64,000 bases of DNA from Eledone cirrhosa (taxonomy: Eukaryota), in the NCBI GenBank assembly GCA_964016885.1, contig OZ024741.1, forward strand, positions 18,724,001 to 18,788,000, written 5' to 3'. Shown here in pieces: positions 60,786 to 64,000 of the stretch. Below the pieces are notes generated by a model. That model worked only from the letters and a program-made list of their open reading frames with translations, did no database searches and was not told the origin of the DNA. Positions within the stretch are counted from its first letter, which is position 1; the number at the start of each line of letters is the position of its first letter. The position numbers were made by a program, and so were the translations under genes.

Positions 60786-61975
60786 GTTTTCTCTTTCTCT
60801 TAATTTCGAGTATATTTTTTTGACCGGCCACCTTCCTGGTGGCAAGGTTGTAAAAAAAAAGAAATTGTCATCCCTTGAATCGCAAGAATGTTTTGCAAAT
60901 TTTGAAAGTGCCAGCTATCGCAGCCATTTGCAGACTATGAATTAGGGAGCTGCGCTTTTTGTCCGCAAATCCAAGTTCAGTCATACTTTGGTCCAAGCGG
61001 GTTGGTATATAACCCGTAGCACCAATAATGATGGGTATGAAGCTAAAGGTGTATCTTGGATACTGGATTTGTAAACTCCTCATCAATAGTCCGTGGATGT
61101 CCTCCTTCTCCTGTATTTTTCTGACAACGTTTACATCAAGTGGGCAGCTGATCTCCACAACAGAACACGTTTTCAATGTGTGGTCCCAAACTACAATATC
61201 AGGCCGGTTGTACTTTAATTTGGTTGCTGTTTTTATTTTCAGGTTCCACCAGTATTCCTTAGTGCCATCTGTCTCAATATATTCTTCCTCGTTTGTTGTT
61301 AATTTTGTTTTCCGAAGTGCGTTCCAGATGGTTCTAGCTATCCCATCGTGTCTCATGGGGAGGTAGTAGCGAGATGACATTCTTTCGCAGCTGGCAACAA
61401 TGTGGCTTACATCCTCGATCTTTGTTTTACATAGCCTACATTTATTGTCAGCTGATGGCCCTCCCCTTTTGAGCAGCAGATATTTGGTAGGGAGTTCTTG
61501 TTCCTGTATTGCCTAAAGATATCCCTCAAGGTGTGATGTCATAAACTTGTCGGAACTCCATGCCAGGCTTTTTGAGTGGTTTATCCCCTCCATGGTCTGT
61601 GTTTTACGCCTCAAGTATCCATGCACAACTTTTTCTGTAAATTGGTTAATTTTCTTATCTTGTTTGAACATTGAATAGGATCTTCCGATTTCTCTGGGTG
61701 AGAGATTTATATCGGGCTTTATTCCATATCTCTCCTCCAGATCAGTGGCTATTCTAATGATATTTCTTTTTTCATGCTCATAAACCTGGGCAAGATGGTT
61801 GCCAGCCTTTTTCCTCTGTTGAAGGTGTTGCTTCAGTGTTACTATCCGGGTCTCATATGTTGTTAATATTGATTTTAGACCCCGGCCACCTTCCTTGCGT
61901 GAGAAGTATAGCCTATCCACATCACCATTGATGTTAAAGTTCCCAGTAACACTGAGAAGTTTTCGAGTTCTAACA
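60786..61975 (-). mobile_element. 5'-truncated Dong/R4-clade non-LTR element (RT thumb, CCHC, RLE), one in-frame stop
   Basis: [28 protein letters not shown]...EDVSHIVASC, RHDGIAR, NRPDIVVWD..VEISCP, PIIIGATG. Confidence 0.9.
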
Positions 61976-62210
61976 TGTATGTATATATGTATGTATGTAT
62001 GTATGTATATATGTATGTATGTATATATGTATGTATATATATATATATATGTATGTATATATATATATATATGTATGTATATATATATATATATGTATGT
62101 ATATATATATATATATGTATGTATATGTATGTATGTATATATATATATGTATGTATGTATATATATATATATATATGTATGTATATATATATATATATGT
62201 ATGTATATAT

Positions 62211-62244
<34 letters not shown>

Positions 62245-62271
62245 GTATATATATATATATATGTATGTATG

Positions 62272-62368
<97 letters not shown>

Positions 62369-62511
62369 ATGTATATATATATGTGTGTATGTATATATAT
62401 ATGTATGTATATATATATATATATATGTGTGTGTATGTATATATATATGTGTGTATGTATATATATATGTGTGTATGTATATATATATGTATGTATATAT
62501 ATATATATATA

Positions 62512-62558
<47 letters not shown>

Positions 62559-62766
62559 TTAGTTATACTATTTATGGTTATGTAAACACAAAACCTTAAG
62601 CAGTTGTAAGTATTTTACACACACCCTAAATAGTGGTAGGCAGTAATGTATTACTACCTTATTACCAGTAAGTTAAGTAGCTCAATGTAAAAACATCAGA
62701 TGATTTACAGAGCAGTTATATGAAATATAAGAATCAAAGAACTGTTCAAAACATTATTGTGCTTAC

Positions 62767-62850
62767 ATTTCATATATTTCATACATTATATATATTTCAT
62801 ATATTTCATACATTTCATATATTTCATATATTTCATATATATTTCATATA
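62767..62850. repeat. 9-bp (tttcatata)n repeat
   Basis: Directly visible. Confidence 0.85.
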
Positions 62851-63024
62851 TATATATATGTATGTATATATATATGTATGTATATATATATGTATGTATA
62901 TATGTATGTATATATATATGTATGTATATATATATGTATGTATATATATATGTATGTATATATATATGTATGTATATATATATGTATGTATATATATATG
63001 TATGTATGTATATATATATGTATG

Positions 63025-63055
<31 letters not shown>

Positions 63056-63056
63056 G

Positions 63057-63189
<133 letters not shown>

Positions 63190-63191
63190 AA

Positions 63192-64000
63192 TAACTTTGA
63201 TAGGTTTCGGCCAGTATTGGCCCAGGCAATGTCTAACTTAATAGCACCACCTTTGCGAAGTCTTACAAATCCGTGTTTGGGCACCATGGCCCACTCGAGC
63301 AGAGAGTTATTGTTTACTGAGGCATATCCGGGTGTAGCAGGCTTATCCGGGATTTCTTGAAGGAATTTATCCAAAGACTTCTTTAACTTGATGGGGTCTG
63401 TTTCTGCTTTGATGTGTTTTGGTGTAATATTAAAGAGTGCAGGGCCAATTGAGGTGAAATAATTGTGCCGTATTGTTGTTATGTGATGCGAGTGAGATTT
63501 TTGTCGTGGGCGGATAGCACGGGGCCCAAGCCTTGGGTTTACATTAAAGGTGAAGCCAACATCATTTTGGCTAAGCTGATGGAATATTTTCCATATCATG
63601 TAGATAATGTAGCGTTCACGGCGACGTTGGAGAGAATAAAGATTGAGCTTTTCTAATCGACTCCAATATTCAAGGCCTGTCATGCCATCTATCTTTTTTG
63701 TAATTGACCTTTGGGGTGCTTCAACTTTCATGATACTTTGTTTCGTGTGTGGTGACCACAGTGGACAACAGTATTCAAGGTGGGGTCGGGCAAAGGTGGA
63801 GAAGAGAAGGATAACAGTGTGGATATCTCTCGACTGGGAAGTTATGAGAATCCAGGGACACATTCTGCGGGCCATATCAACTTTGCTGTTTATATGAGTG
63901 GCCCAGCTTATATTGTTGTCCACAATTACTCTCAGGTCTCTGATGTTATTGGATGCCACTAGAGTTTCACCCGAAGGAAGAGAGTATGGTTGTTTCAGGG
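63192..64000 (-). mobile_element. Second CR1-group LINE copy (diverged subfamily), continues past the window
   Basis: Collinear with 47802-48620: [36 protein letters not shown]; similar 3' UTR abutting (TA)n. Confidence 0.9.

Overview
Eukaryotic animal genomic DNA, most likely a coleoid cephalopod (Octopus-like). This is inferred from the tRNA-derived SINEs, the RTE/CR1/Dong-R4/Penelope mix and the very long (TA)n/(TATG)n tracts. The left ~25 kb holds two host genes: a minus-strand gene missed by the ORF track (ATG at 3828; five CCHC zinc knuckles, an acidic Ser-rich linker and an 11-aa Thr-rich repeat running off the window) and an intronless CCDC113/CFAP263-like ORF (22129-23229). It also holds a candidate bidirectional promoter at ~11.1-11.3 kb, SINEs, decayed RTE, CRE-like and hAT elements, Helentron-type non-autonomous elements and minisatellites. 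From ~25.3 kb to the end the window is a (TA)n-rich domain in which almost every non-microsatellite island is a retroelement: Penelope-like pseudo-LTRs from several families (including a Naiad-type GIY-YIG fragment), two CR1-group LINEs, a Dong/R4 fragment and a full-length Tx1-clade LINE with both ORFs intact. Most notable is a dense set of type I hammerhead-ribozyme motifs (about a dozen full cores plus half-cores). The fold-back axes and 5' truncation points of many insertions fall on the ribozyme itself, and one family has a non-canonical core with a possible two-state fold. Most IY/YI/MY-repeat ORFs in the track are microsatellite artefacts.
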